From assembly GCA_963813075.1 (NCBI GenBank), contig CAWEXU010000031.1:202582-266581 (forward strand): DNA of 64,000 bases, written 5' to 3'. Position numbers and translations under genes: made by a program. This document shows, in pieces, positions 10,150 to 20,920 of the stretch (within the stretch, counting starts at the first letter, position 1; each line of letters starts with the position of its first letter). Under the pieces are notes generated by a model that worked only from the letters and a program-made list of their open reading frames with translations, did not search any database and was not told the DNA's origin. The stretch comes from Methanotrichaceae archaeon. Its GTDB lineage: Archaea; Halobacteriota; Methanosarcinia; Methanotrichales; Methanotrichaceae.

Positions 10150-11652
10150 TCAAATCACCCCCATTTCAGATAAGGTTACAACCGGCTGCAATAGCTGGTT
10201 TGCTGCTGTGCCCATCATGTCGGTCATAAGACCGGGCTGCAGGCCGAAGAGCAGAGTGAGCAGAATGATCATGCTCATAGCGAACAGCTCATAGGCATGC
10301 GGATCATGTACATCCATATACTTCCTCAGAATCGGTCCGAACATGGCCTTCTGCATGGCCCAGAGATGATAGGCCGCAGTGATCACTATGCTCAGGAAGA
10401 CCACTATCATGGTGTAGGTGGGAAGAGTGGCATAAGCTCCGGTGAGTGTCATGAACTCAGCCACAAATCCGCTCATGCCCGGCAGGCCCAAGGAGGCCAT
10501 AAAGCCGGCCATCATGATAACGGCAAACTTGGGCATCCGATCAGCCAGTCCACCCAGGTCTGCAATGATTCTGGTGCCGACAACGTGCTGAATGGTACCG
10601 GCGGACATGAAGAGGACGCACGTGATTATGCCGTGGGAGAACTGCTGGAACATGGCTCCCTGGATGGATAATGGCACCAGGGCCACTGCTCCTAAAGTTA
10701 CGAATCCCATGTGGCTGACTGAGGAGTAGGCCACCAGCTTCTTGATGTCCTTTTGCGCCAGGGCCAGGAATGCTCCGTAGACGATGGAGATCACCGCAAT
10801 GATGGCGATGATGGTCACGAAGATCTTGTCAACGCTGGGCAGCATGGGCACTATGATCCTGAAAAGACCGTACCCGCCCATCTTCAGCAGCAGTGCAGCA
10901 AGCACCACCGACCCTGCGGTCGGAGCCTCGACGTGGGCATCCGGCAGCCAGGTATGGAAGGGGAAGGCGGGCATCTTAACCAGGAACCCGAGCAGCAGTC
11001 CTGCGAAGATGATGTTCAGCAGGGCTGGCGGGAATATATCCGGGTTCTGGGTGGCCTTCAGGAGGGTCAGCATATCAAAGGTCCTCGATCCATCCGGCAG
11101 CTGGTAGGTGAAGTACAGAGCGAATATCGCCAGGAGCATCACCAGGCTGGCCACGTGGGTGTAGATGAAGAACTTGATTGCTGCATAGTCCTTTCTCGGT
11201 CCGCCCCATGATCCGATCAGGAAGAACATGGGTATGAGCACTATCTCCCAGAAGATGTAGAACAGGAAGAAGTCCAGTGCGGTAAACACTCCCAGCACTC
11301 CCACTTCATTTAAGAGAAGAAGGGCGAAGTACTGATTGGGCTTCTTTGTCTCTCCCCAGGAGTATATTATCACCAGTACGGTGACAATGGTGGAGAGGAG
11401 GACCAACGGGAATCCTATGCCATCGACGCCTAAAGTATACTTGACTCCGATGGAGGGAACCCAGTCGTAGCTCTCCACGAACTGCATCATAGTTGAGCTC
11501 TTATCGAACTCCATGTACATCTGCAGGGATAACACCAGAGGTGCAAGGGAGGCGATCAGAGCCACGAATTTGGCCTTGGTGCCCACAAAGAAGGATACTA
11601 TCGCTCCCAGCAAGGGAAGGAGTATCATCAACGAGAGCGCGTTTGAGATCAT
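10150..11652 (-). CDS. fpoM: Fpo complex subunit M
   Basis: PFHTWLPDAHVEAPT, LLKMGGYG. Confidence 0.95.
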   Translation of the reverse strand: MISNALSLMILLPLLGAIVSFFVGTKAKFVALIASLAPLVLSLQMYMEFDKSSTMMQFVESYDWVPSIGVKYTLGVDGIGFPLVLLSTIVTVLVIIYSWGETKKPNQYFALLLLNEVGVLGVFTALDFFLFYIFWEIVLIPMFFLIGSWGGPRKDYAAIKFFIYTHVASLVMLLAIFALYFTYQLPDGSRTFDMLTLLKATQNPDIFPPALLNIIFAGLLLGFLVKMPAFPFHTWLPDAHVEAPTAGSVVLAALLLKMGGYGLFRIIVPMLPSVDKIFVTIIAIIAVISIVYGAFLALAQKDIKKLVAYSSVSHMGFVTLGAVALVPLSIQGAMFQQFSHGIITCVLFMSAGTIQHVVGTRIIADLGGLADRMPKFAVIMMAGFMASLGLPGMSGFVAEFMTLTGAYATLPTYTMIVVFLSIVITAAYHLWAMQKAMFGPILRKYMDVHDPHAYELFAMSMIILLTLLFGLQPGLMTDMMGTAANQLLQPVVTLSEMGVI

Positions 11653-13721
11653 ATCAGGCCCACCTCCATTAATAGCCTGATAGCAGCAATTGCAATCACC
11701 AGCACCACTATCCCTAGCATTAAAGCTGTGACGTAGTTTTGCACCACGCCCGTCTGAACCTTTCTCACGTGACCTGCAAAGCCCATGACCCAGGCGCTAA
11801 GCCAGTTAAGCCAGCCGTCAACGATCTTGATGTCGATCGTATTGCTGATCAGAGCCGTGCCGTAGACTATGCCTTCAGATATCCAGCCGGTCATGATCTC
11901 ATGCTGGTAGTAGCCTTTGAGCAGCATCTTTCTGATTGGATCTTTGTCGCCTGTCACCTGGCTGGGGTCAAACTTCTTGACGCGGTCCCAGTAGAACAGG
12001 GCTGCAATCAGAATGCCGCCTATGGCTATGAAGATCGGCAATATCTGAATGTACCAGGGCTCTCCGTGAGCTTCTTCGCCACCAGCTTCTCCTTCGCCAG
12101 CAGCACCGTGGCCTTCTTCAGCCTCGGCAGACGCATGCTCGCCTTCGGCAGGAGCACCGTGCTCTCCCAAAACCTCATGGCCTCCAATAAGGGCCAATTC
12201 GGCGAAGTTTACATCGACACCAAACTTCTCCTCGTATTGCCCGAAATTGTCCCCAACATAATTATAGAAGCCTTCTTGGGCGACAAAGCCGAATGCCAGG
12301 GCAAATACCGCCAGAATCACCAGCGGCCCGAGCATGACCCAGGGCGACTCGTGCTTTCCGTAGTTGGACCTCTCTTTGCCCGTGAATACAGAGAACCACA
12401 TTCTAAAGGTGTATATGGCGGTGAGAACTGCTGCCAGCACCAGGAAGATGTAAGGCAGGAAGTTGATCGCCACACCGTACTCATAAGCGATCACTATGAT
12501 CTCATCCTTGGAGAAGAATCCCGTGAATAAGGGGAATCCGGCCAGGGATAGTGAGCCTATGAGCATGGTGTACATGGTCCACCTCATATACTTCCCGACG
12601 CCTCCCATCTCACGCATATCGTTGGTATTGACGGCGTGAATCACAGAGCCGGCACAGAGGAAGAGCAGGGCCTTGAAGAATGAGTGGCCTATGAGGTGGA
12701 ATATAGAAACTCCCACTGAAAAAGCTCCTACTGCTGCGCCTACTCCAAGACCGGCCATCATGAATCCGAGCTGAGAGACGGTCGAGAATGCCAGCACTCT
12801 CTTGATATCAAATGCAGTCAGTCCCATGGTTGCTGCAAATAATGCAGTGAATGCTCCGACAGCCGCTACCGCGGTAAGGCCGTGGGGGGCAGCATAGAAT
12901 AATGGGAACATTCGGGCTACGAGATAGACGCCGGCGGTAACCATCGTCGCCGCATGGATCATGGCGGAGACGGTAGTTGGACCCTCCATGGCATCAGGAA
13001 GCCAGACATGCAGGGGGAACTGACCTGACTTGCCCACTGCACCTCCCAAAAAGCCAAGGGCAATGAGGGTCAACTGATCAGGTGGTATCAGGGCGAGATT
13101 GGCATAAATCACCGGGAACTGCAGGAGATATTCTCCCGGGTTGAGGGTGAGGTTCAGGCTGGCCAGATTATTGTAAAGCAGGATTATGGCCGCCAGGAAC
13201 ATGACGTCGCCCACACGGGTGGTAAGGAATGCCTTCTTGGCTGCAGCTGCGGCAGAAGGCTTGCGGTACCAGAATCCTATCAGGAGATAGGAGCACAGAC
13301 CCACCAGCTCCCAGAATATGAAGAGCTGAAGGATATTATCGGCATAAATCAGGCCCAGCATGGAAGCAGTGAAGAGGGCAGCTTCAGCAAAGTACCTGTT
13401 AGCACCCGGATCACCGTTCATGTATCCATTGGCATAGGTGTGGATCAGCATAACCACAAATGTGACCATGAGAAGCATCACCAGAGCCAGAGGATCTATC
13501 AGTATGCCCACATTGAAATCGCCAAACCAGCGCATCGACTGATGGACAATTCCAAGGGGATAGATCTCCTGAAATATTCCCAGAGATATAACCAGGCCGC
13601 CTAAAGTTGCCAAAACGGTGAGGAACCCGCCCCCTCTGGGCAGGCGCGACCCTATGAATAGGCACAGCACAAATGCCAGTACAGGCAGCCCAACAATCAG
13701 GTAAGCTAAATCGGAATACAA
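11649..13721 (-). CDS. fpoL: Fpo complex subunit L
   Basis: GKSGQFPLHVWLPDAMEGPT, HAATMVTAGVY. Confidence 0.95.
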   Translation of the reverse strand: MYSDLAYLIVGLPVLAFVLCLFIGSRLPRGGGFLTVLATLGGLVISLGIFQEIYPLGIVHQSMRWFGDFNVGILIDPLALVMLLMVTFVVMLIHTYANGYMNGDPGANRYFAEAALFTASMLGLIYADNILQLFIFWELVGLCSYLLIGFWYRKPSAAAAAKKAFLTTRVGDVMFLAAIILLYNNLASLNLTLNPGEYLLQFPVIYANLALIPPDQLTLIALGFLGGAVGKSGQFPLHVWLPDAMEGPTTVSAMIHAATMVTAGVYLVARMFPLFYAAPHGLTAVAAVGAFTALFAATMGLTAFDIKRVLAFSTVSQLGFMMAGLGVGAAVGAFSVGVSIFHLIGHSFFKALLFLCAGSVIHAVNTNDMREMGGVGKYMRWTMYTMLIGSLSLAGFPLFTGFFSKDEIIVIAYEYGVAINFLPYIFLVLAAVLTAIYTFRMWFSVFTGKERSNYGKHESPWVMLGPLVILAVFALAFGFVAQEGFYNYVGDNFGQYEEKFGVDVNFAELALIGGHEVLGEHGAPAEGEHASAEAEEGHGAAGEGEAGGEEAHGEPWYIQILPIFIAIGGILIAALFYWDRVKKFDPSQVTGDKDPIRKMLLKGYYQHEIMTGWISEGIVYGTALISNTIDIKIVDGWLNWLSAWVMGFAGHVRKVQTGVVQNYVTALMLGIVVLVIAIAAIRLLMEVGLI

Positions 13722-13724
13722 AGA

Positions 13725-14027
13725 CTACCACCTCATGGTGTTGATGTTGTCCAGGTCAATGGTTCCGTATAGCCTGTATAGTGCGATCAATATAGCAAAT
13801 CCAACGCCTGCTTCAGCCGCTGCCAGCGCTATGGAGAACAGGGCGAATACCTGCCCGTTCATATTAGGCTGGTAGGCTGAGAAGGCAACAAGATTGATGT
13901 TGGCGCTATTGAGCAGCAACTCGATGCACATCATCAGCTTGACTCCGTTCTTTTGTGTGACGAGGCCGTACAAGCCGATGGTGAACATGATGGATGCCAG
14001 CAATATGTAAAGCTCCAACGGTATCAT
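13725..14027 (-). CDS. fpoK: Fpo complex subunit K
   Basis: [19 protein letters not shown]. Confidence 0.95.
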   Translation of the reverse strand: MIPLELYILLASIMFTIGLYGLVTQKNGVKLMMCIELLLNSANINLVAFSAYQPNMNGQVFALFSIALAAAEAGVGFAILIALYRLYGTIDLDNINTMRW

Positions 14028-14065
14028 CGGTAAATTTCCCTCCTTGTCATTCTCTGTCGCCCTCC

Positions 14066-14329
14066 CTAGGCGTCCTCCTTTCTTGCCACCCAGATCGCTC
14101 CGACCAGGGCTGCGGTCAGGACCAAAGCCAGAATCTCAAAGGAGAAGACATAGATGGTGAAGATCTCAAATCCTATGTCTCCAATGCCGCTCTCAGGCAG
14201 ATTCTTTCCTTCTGCAGGAACATAGCTGAGCGGGTGGTCTGTGGCCGGTCCCCAATCGGTAACTGAAAGCGAGGCCACCAGGGCAGCAAGGAAGGCCAGG
14301 GTCAGTATAATAAGCTTAAATTTCGCCAT
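14066..14329 (-). CDS. fpoJ: Fpo complex subunit J, C-terminal part (J2)
   Basis: IG..IF..Y...[16 protein letters not shown]. Confidence 0.85.
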   Translation of the reverse strand: MAKFKLIILTLAFLAALVASLSVTDWGPATDHPLSYVPAEGKNLPESGIGDIGFEIFTIYVFSFEILALVLTAALVGAIWVARKEDA

Positions 14330-14744
14330 GGGACTCCTCCATAATCGTCCTCCTGGTGAGCATCACAGCGAAGAGTATCAGAACTCCCACTGCACCAATG
14401 TAAACCAGGATCTGAGCCACACCCACGAATGGGGCATTCATGAATATGTAAAGCGCTGCCACACCGGCAAAGGTTCCGAGCAAGTAAAGAGCGCTATGCA
14501 CAATATTCTTGGCCAGGACGGTCAGCGCCGACAAAAGGACTATGATTGCGGCTATGGCAAAGAATGCCAAAAGCTCTATGGCAAAGCGGATATCGTAGTC
14601 CAGCAGCCTGTCCAGTATCGTCTTGGACCAGGGGGACAGAAATACTATCACCGCCAGTCCGCCGAAGATGACTCCGAGGCCAAGCAAAAGCACCAGCAGC
14701 TCGAATATGCTGCGAATTACATTTGTTTTGAGCTTTTCCGCCAT
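14316..14744 (-). CDS. fpoJ: Fpo complex subunit J, N-terminal part (J1)
   Basis: NIVHSALYL, QILVYIGAVGVLILFAVML. Confidence 0.9.
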   Translation of the reverse strand: MAEKLKTNVIRSIFELLVLLLGLGVIFGGLAVIVFLSPWSKTILDRLLDYDIRFAIELLAFFAIAAIIVLLSALTVLAKNIVHSALYLLGTFAGVAALYIFMNAPFVGVAQILVYIGAVGVLILFAVMLTRRTIMEESHGEI

Positions 14745-15328
14745 CAGGAAGCACCTCCTTCCTCAGGCTTTGCCTCTGCCTTCTTTTTCTTTTCTGCACC
14801 TGCTCCCTCTTTGGCCGGCTTCTTCTCGCCTGCGGCTGCACCCTCTTTTGCCGCAGCCTTCTTGGCAGCGGCCTTCTCAGCCGCTATCCTCTTAGCCTCG
14901 GCCTCCAGGTCTGCCACCTCTTTAGGTGTGAACCTCTTGGTCGCCAGGAAATCAGGACTCTTCACGATGTCCTTTCTTTCCCAGCCAGCCATAACGACCT
15001 TCTTTCCCATCTTCAGGCATTCGACCGGGCACTCGTCCACGCAAAGTCCGCAGAACATGCATCTTCCGAAATCAATTTGCGGAAACTGCATCTTCTTGTT
15101 CTTGAGGGGACTTCCGAACTTGAAGTGCACCATCTCAATGCAGCTGTTGGGACAGACTCTGGCGCATGTGCCGCAGCCAATGCATATGGTGGCATCCAGC
15201 TCATGAATCCCTCTCTCTGCATCAGGCAGCTCCATCATGAACTCGGGATAGAGTCTGGTGACTTCTATCTCCCGCGAGGCGGTCTTCAAAGGCCAGGTGA
15301 AGTTCTTTATCATCTTTCTCTTCAACAT
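14744..15328 (-). CDS. fpoI: Fpo complex subunit I (2x[4Fe-4S]) with Lys/Ala-rich tail
   Basis: CIGCGTCARVCP, CMFCGLCVDECP. Confidence 0.95.
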   Translation of the reverse strand: MLKRKMIKNFTWPLKTASREIEVTRLYPEFMMELPDAERGIHELDATICIGCGTCARVCPNSCIEMVHFKFGSPLKNKKMQFPQIDFGRCMFCGLCVDECPVECLKMGKKVVMAGWERKDIVKSPDFLATKRFTPKEVADLEAEAKRIAAEKAAAKKAAAKEGAAAGEKKPAKEGAGAEKKKKAEAKPEEGGAS

Positions 15329-15340
15329 CTCACAGCCACC

Positions 15341-16393
15341 TCATGCAAAGTATGTGCCCACTATTACTGCCCATGCCAGATTCACTATGGATAAAGGCAG
15401 CATCCATTTCCAGCCCAGGTCAGTCACCTGATCTATTCTCAAACGGAAGAGAGCAGCTCTTATCAATATTATGAACCAGATAACGATAATAACCTTCATG
15501 AGCAGCCAGATCAAAGGCGATACCATGTCCAGAAGGGGTATGGGTATAATCGGTCCATGCCATCCGCCCAGGAACAGGAGCGAGACCAGAATGGATCCCA
15601 AGAGGAAGTTGTTGTACTCCTGGAAGTATATCAGACCCCATCTGATACCGCTGTACTCGGTGCTGTAGCCGCAGATGATCTCCTCTTCTGCCTCGCTCTG
15701 GTCGAATGGGACTCTTCCCAGGTCGGTTACCAGGGCGATCATGAAGATGACAAATCCCAGAGGCTGGGCAAATGCATACCAGACGGTCTGGCTCTCCACG
15801 ATCTCCACCAGGTTGAGGCTATGGGCCATGATAGCCACCGATATGACGCAAACGCCCATCGGAACCTCATAGGCAATCATCCTGGCAATGCCTCGGAAAG
15901 CTCCGAGGATGGAGTACTTATTGTTCGAGCTGTACCCGGCCATGAAAACGGCGATGGACATGATGCTAAGAGCTGCTTCCACATAAAAAGCGCTGATATC
16001 CATATTGGCGACTACCAGGGGGTAGTTTTTGCCGCCTATATGCAGTGCTCCAAATGGTATGGCTGCAGCCACCAGCATGGTGCCGGCAGAAGCAATGATA
16101 GGAGCCCAGACATAGACCCCCTTATCGACTCCTGCTGGTATGACATCCTCTTTGGTGAACAGCTTTATGGCATCAGCACCCAGCTGAAGTATACCCCATC
16201 TGCCACCCACCCGGTTGGGGCCAAACCGGTTGCAGAAATCGCTCATTACCTTTCTGTCTGCCCAGATTACCAGCATGGCGCCCACATTGATCACGGCAGA
16301 AAGCACCGCTGCGCCGATTATGCCTATGATCAGGGCGAATATCGCCGGCTCCTGGGCGGCAAATTGAGTGATGGTATCTATTATTCCGTCCAA
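15341..16393 (-). CDS. fpoH: Fpo complex subunit H
   Basis: GPNRVG, DAIKLFTKED, PFDQSEAEEE. Confidence 0.95.
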   Translation of the reverse strand: MDGIIDTITQFAAQEPAIFALIIGIIGAAVLSAVINVGAMLVIWADRKVMSDFCNRFGPNRVGGRWGILQLGADAIKLFTKEDVIPAGVDKGVYVWAPIIASAGTMLVAAAIPFGALHIGGKNYPLVVANMDISAFYVEAALSIMSIAVFMAGYSSNNKYSILGAFRGIARMIAYEVPMGVCVISVAIMAHSLNLVEIVESQTVWYAFAQPLGFVIFMIALVTDLGRVPFDQSEAEEEIICGYSTEYSGIRWGLIYFQEYNNFLLGSILVSLLFLGGWHGPIIPIPLLDMVSPLIWLLMKVIIVIWFIILIRAALFRLRIDQVTDLGWKWMLPLSIVNLAWAVIVGTYFA

Positions 16394-16405
16394 ATCCTCT
16401 CCCTC

Positions 16406-18119
16406 CTACCTGTCAGATTCAGATGGGCAGCCGTCCATGCTTCCGGCAATTGCCACCGCATCCGCTATGTATACTCCCTCAAGAAGCGGAGTCAAAGTCT
16501 GGAATGTAGCATAGAAAGGCCCTCTTACCTTCACCCGGTATGGCTTGTCGCCCCCATCGCTGATGACATACATTCCCATCTCGCCACGTGGGTCCTCGAC
16601 CCGATAGTAGGCCTCGCCTGCGGGAACCTTCTTGGGAATCTTGGCTTCGGTCTTTATCGGTCCGGAGGGAATTTTATCCAGACATTGCTCTATGATGTGA
16701 ATGCTCTCCAGCATCTCTCTTAGAGTGCAATCGATTCTGTCTGCCGAATCACCACGGGTTCCTGTGACCACCTTGAAGTCAAGCTCCGGATAGACCAGGA
16801 TGGGATCCTCCACTCTCATGTCATAAGAAACACCCGCAGCCCTCAGCACCCTTCCTGCGCAGCCAATGCGCCTGGCAGTCTCGGGCGATATGGAGCCGAT
16901 GTTCTCCATCCTGGCATGGTAGATGGGATCCTGAGCGAAGAGCTCAATGAACTCCTCGATCCTGGATTTCATGTAGGGCAGGACCTTTCGGCACTGCTCG
17001 TCAAAGCCTTCGGGAAGGTCGTTTCTTACCCCTCCAAAGCGGACGAATGTGTGAGTCAGCCTGGCTCCGGTGACGCTCTCGATCAAAGAGATGATCTTCT
17101 CTCTGTCCATGATCATGTACTGCCAGGGAGCAAAGCCTACGCCAGCGATCAGAGTGAGGAACTCGCCGGTGCCTATCAGGTGGCTCTGGATTCTGGAGAG
17201 CTCCTCCAAGATGACCCGGATGTATTGCGCCCTCAGGGGAACCTCAAGGCCCAAAATCCTTTCCACCGCTCCACAGTAGCACTCGTTGTTGCTCAGGGAG
17301 GCGACGTAGCACATCCTGTCGGTATAGGTTATCCCCTGGAGCCAGGTTCTGTTCTCCATGATCTTTTCGATGCCCTTGTGGATATAGCCGATATCGAGGA
17401 AGGCCTTCTTTACCCTCTCTCCTTCAACCAGTATATCGAGCAGAAAAGGACCGGGAACCATGGCATGCTGGGGACCCAAGATGCATGATCATCTCCGAAT
17501 CGGATTTGATATGGGCCTCCTCTCTCTCCCGGAATGTGGGATATTTGGGCCTCTCGGTTACCACTGTCCCCGCCTCGATCTCGGCAGGAGTGGGCGGGAA
17601 GTAGTATTCGGTATAGCCCTCCGGAGTGGTGATCTGCACCGCCCTCTCTCCAGTGGTCAGGTCAGGATAGCCCTTGAAATCCTTTCTCCAGGGCCAGGAC
17701 CCAACTAATGGATCGGACAGGAGAAGTGGATACAGCTCTGGGTGGCCTTCGAAGTTGATGCCAAGCATCTCCCAGATCTCTCTCTCGTACCAGTTGGCAT
17801 TCCAGTACATGTTGACCAGGGAAGGAACGGATGGATTGTCACGTGGCGTTTTGACCTTCAGCATGGCCACCACTTTATGGGCTCCATAGCTGGCCATGAT
17901 CTCGACGACTTCCATCTCATTTCTGGCGATCCAGTCGACTCCTGCTGAACCTGCATAGTGGTCGAAACCGAGCTTATCGGTCATGTACTTGCATACATCC
18001 AGGATCTTCTTGGAGTCGATTGTGGCCCATAGCCTGCTGTCCGACTCCACTCTGCCGTCTGAGACCGCTCCAGGAAAGGCGGACTGGATCGAGCTTAAGA
18101 CCTCGCTTGCATTTGTCAA
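16406..18119 (-). CDS. fpoCD: Fused Fpo subunit C/D, split by one extra G near 17475
   Basis: NuoC motif NWYEREIWEMLGINFEGHP; junction EMIMHL-GPQH restored by removing one G; NuoD motifs GYIHKGIEK, PRGEMG. Confidence 0.85.
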
Positions 18120-18133
18120 GAAAAGATCCCTCC

Positions 18134-18706
18134 TTAATAGTCTCGCAGGTCCTTGCGCTGCTTGATCTTTTCCTGGAGATTCATGAGCCCCTCAAGGAAC
18201 TGCTCAGGGCGTGGCGGACATCCGGGGATGTAGACATCAATGGGGAAATGGTCACCTGTGTTCTGCACGATGTTGTAGGAATCGTAGAACGGCCCACCGG
18301 ATATGGCACACTCGCCTATGGCTATGCACCATTTGGGCTCAGGCATATTCTCCCACAGGTTCTTGAATACCGGCAGGTACTTCCGGGTCAAGTAACCGGA
18401 GATGATCATCACGTCCGTTTGGCGAGGGGTGTTTCTGGGGATGCATCCAAATCGGTCGCTGTCATAGGGTGCAGCTCCGAAGACGAACATCTCCACACCA
18501 CAGCAGCCCATGGGCTGCATTAAAAAGTATACCGAGTTCTTTCTGCCCCAGTTGAAGATATTCTTGATGGGCCCCATCTGGATGATCTCATGGATCTTCT
18601 CAGTGGTGGTGAACCAGACCTCAGTTACAGGCTGGCCGAATATGGTCCACTTCTCAATCTCCTCATCGATACATACAGGCACGGGTATGACATCGCTTAT
18701 ACCCAA
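18134..18706 (-). CDS. fpoB: Fpo complex subunit B
   Basis: GCCGVEM, GECAISGG, IPGCPPRPE. Confidence 0.95.
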   Translation of the reverse strand: MGISDVIPVPVCIDEEIEKWTIFGQPVTEVWFTTTEKIHEIIQMGPIKNIFNWGRKNSVYFLMQPMGCCGVEMFVFGAAPYDSDRFGCIPRNTPRQTDVMIISGYLTRKYLPVFKNLWENMPEPKWCIAIGECAISGGPFYDSYNIVQNTGDHFPIDVYIPGCPPRPEQFLEGLMNLQEKIKQRKDLRDY

Positions 18707-19101
18707 CGCAAAGCCTCCTTCTTGATTGCATAAATCAGTCCAACCAGCAATACAATGATGAATAGGAGCATCTCGAAGACGGCAATATTCATAGATCCGA
18801 AGACCATGAACTTTTGCATGGCTTCGTTCGCGTAGACATAGATCCAGGGGTATAAGAATAAAACCTCAACATCGAATATCACAAAAACGATAGCGAAAAG
18901 GTAATATTGAACACTATACTGGATCTTGGCGTCGCGGATTGGTTTTAGCCCTCCTTCGTATATCGATAGCTTTTGACGGCTAGGTCTATTCGGCGCTATG
19001 ATTTTTATAGCTGCCAGAGCCGCAATGGGCACTATGGCTCCCATTATCAAAAATATAATAAGTGGTATATAATAAACCACTGCCATCGGTTCGCCGGCCA
19101 T
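18697..19101 (-). CDS. fpoA: Fpo complex subunit A
   Basis: YEGG, YYLFAIVFVIFDVE. Confidence 0.95.
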   Translation of the reverse strand: MAGEPMAVVYYIPLIIFLIMGAIVPIAALAAIKIIAPNRPSRQKLSIYEGGLKPIRDAKIQYSVQYYLFAIVFVIFDVEVLFLYPWIYVYANEAMQKFMVFGSMNIAVFEMLLFIIVLLVGLIYAIKKEALRWV

Positions 19102-19234
19102 TGTTTATCCTCCGTAAAAGCTAAACATAAGGCCTGGTATAAAAGGTTTATGAGAAAAAATTTCGCGTTGCATAAGTTCAATCACAATTTTCCTGGACTA
19201 TTTGACAGATATTATCATAATTAAGGTGAATAAA

Positions 19235-20170
19235 ATGGACACGGTACATCAGCTGGAGATCAAGCCGGGGATGAGCATAGATCTTCTGGTCAGGGGATGG
19301 AGTCAATGCGGCTTTGGGGCGAGAAGGCTGTCCCAGGCAGCGGACATATACGAAAGGATGCTTTCTGGAGATTTTACAAAATTTCTCACTCTTTCCGGAG
19401 CGATGGTCCCGGCGGGGATGAGGCATGTGGTCTCAGATCTGATTCGGGGCGGCCACGTGGATGTGCTGGTGACAACCGGAGCAAACCTGGTGCATGATAT
19501 AATAGAGTCCTTCAGCTGCCACTCCCTCGGATGTGCCGAATCGGATGACTCCTCACTCCGAGCTTTGGGGGTGAGCCGGATCTATGATGTATTCATCAGG
19601 GACGAGGATTTCGTGGCCTTCGAGGAGCTGATGCAGAGCATTCTCCCGGAAAGCGCTGAAGCTATCTCCGGCAGAGAGCTATTGAAGATCCTGGGCAGCC
19701 GGATAAGTGATGAGCGGTCCATATTGCGCTCGGCATACGACATGAATGTGCCCGTATTCTGTCCCGCTCTGCCCGACTCCATGATCGGCCTGCAGGCCTG
19801 GATGTTCAGCCAGACGAAAAAGCTCTCTGTGGACGCTTTGCCGATATCAGAGGAGATCGTCGACATCTGCTACAACAGCCAGAGGTCGGGGATAGTGATC
19901 GTGGGAGGAGGGGTCCCCAAAAATTTCACCCTGCAGTCCATGCTCGTCACTCCCAATACCTTTGATCTCGCGATTCAGCTGACCACGGATACCCCGGAGA
20001 ACGGAGGCCTGTCCGGAGCAACGCTGTCCGAGGCCATCTCCTGGGGCAAGATATCGGAGAGTGCGAGCTATGTGACGGTTTACGGGGACGCGACCATTAC
20101 CCTGCCTTTGATGGTGGGGGCGGCGCTGGAGAGGCTGAAAAATAAGGAGAATGCGGGAATTGAGCAATGA
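19235..20170 (+). CDS. dys: Deoxyhypusine synthase
   Basis: SGAMVPAG, TTGANLVHD, GGGVPKN, GGLSGATLSEAISWGK. Confidence 0.93.
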   Translation: MDTVHQLEIKPGMSIDLLVRGWSQCGFGARRLSQAADIYERMLSGDFTKFLTLSGAMVPAGMRHVVSDLIRGGHVDVLVTTGANLVHDIIESFSCHSLGCAESDDSSLRALGVSRIYDVFIRDEDFVAFEELMQSILPESAEAISGRELLKILGSRISDERSILRSAYDMNVPVFCPALPDSMIGLQAWMFSQTKKLSVDALPISEEIVDICYNSQRSGIVIVGGGVPKNFTLQSMLVTPNTFDLAIQLTTDTPENGGLSGATLSEAISWGKISESASYVTVYGDATITLPLMVGAALERLKNKENAGIEQ

Positions 20171-20920
20171 TCTGATCGATCCGAGCAATCTGCTCTTAAC
20201 GGAGCTGGAGGCCCTGCAGATCGATGCCCTGAAGGAGGCGCAAAGCAGGGGGATGAAGATCCTGTACATCAGCTGCGTCGGCTCCCACATGTGGGGGATG
20301 GAAAACGAGGAGAGCGATATAGACCTGGTGATGATCTACGTCGTCCCCACCAGGAGAATCCTGCGAGGGGAGAAGTTCCCGGCCACCATCCGCCAGGAGA
20401 TGGCCGCGAGAGAGGGAGGGATCTATGATACCCTGGGCTGGGAGATCGGCCACCTCATCGACCTGCTGATCAAAGGAAACGTCAATGCCATCTGGTATGC
20501 CACCAGCCCCCTGGTCAGTTTTGCCCTCTCCCGTTCAGGAGGAGCTATCGGCTCTCGTGCAGGCCAACCTCTGCCGGGAGAGCTATCATTCCATAAAAGG
20601 GATGGCGGAAAGCCAGATCAAATCCGAGACCGGGCAGCTTAAAATGACTGGTGCCGGGTTGGTCAAAAGGCCGGGCAAAGGATACCGCACCGCTCTGAGG
20701 ACCATCAACTTCGGAATCAAGGCTCCTGAGAGAGGCCCGGATTAGCTTTGAGCCGGTAATGCATGATCCACTTTCTGAAGAGGTAAAAGAGGGGATGGAT
20801 CAGCTGGATGAGGCATACAGGCAAAGCATGCTGCCCGATCTGCCCGACGAGGATCAATTCCGCGATTTTCTCCTGCGGCGGCGGTTGGAAGAGATGAATG
20901 AAGATGCCGGAAAGGAATGA
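20151..20920 (+). CDS. Pol-beta-superfamily nucleotidyltransferase (RlaP/YcgL-like); two frameshifts
   Basis: GSHMWGMENEESDID motif, LLIKGNVN; reading continues across frames to FLLRRRLEEMNEDAGKE* with ATGA overlap into next gene. Confidence 0.75.

Noticed and set aside
10297..17708. Long plus-strand ORFs antisense to the fpo genes (e.g. 15557..16723, 14241..15206)
   Set aside because: Shadow ORFs caused by codon bias of well-supported minus-strand genes
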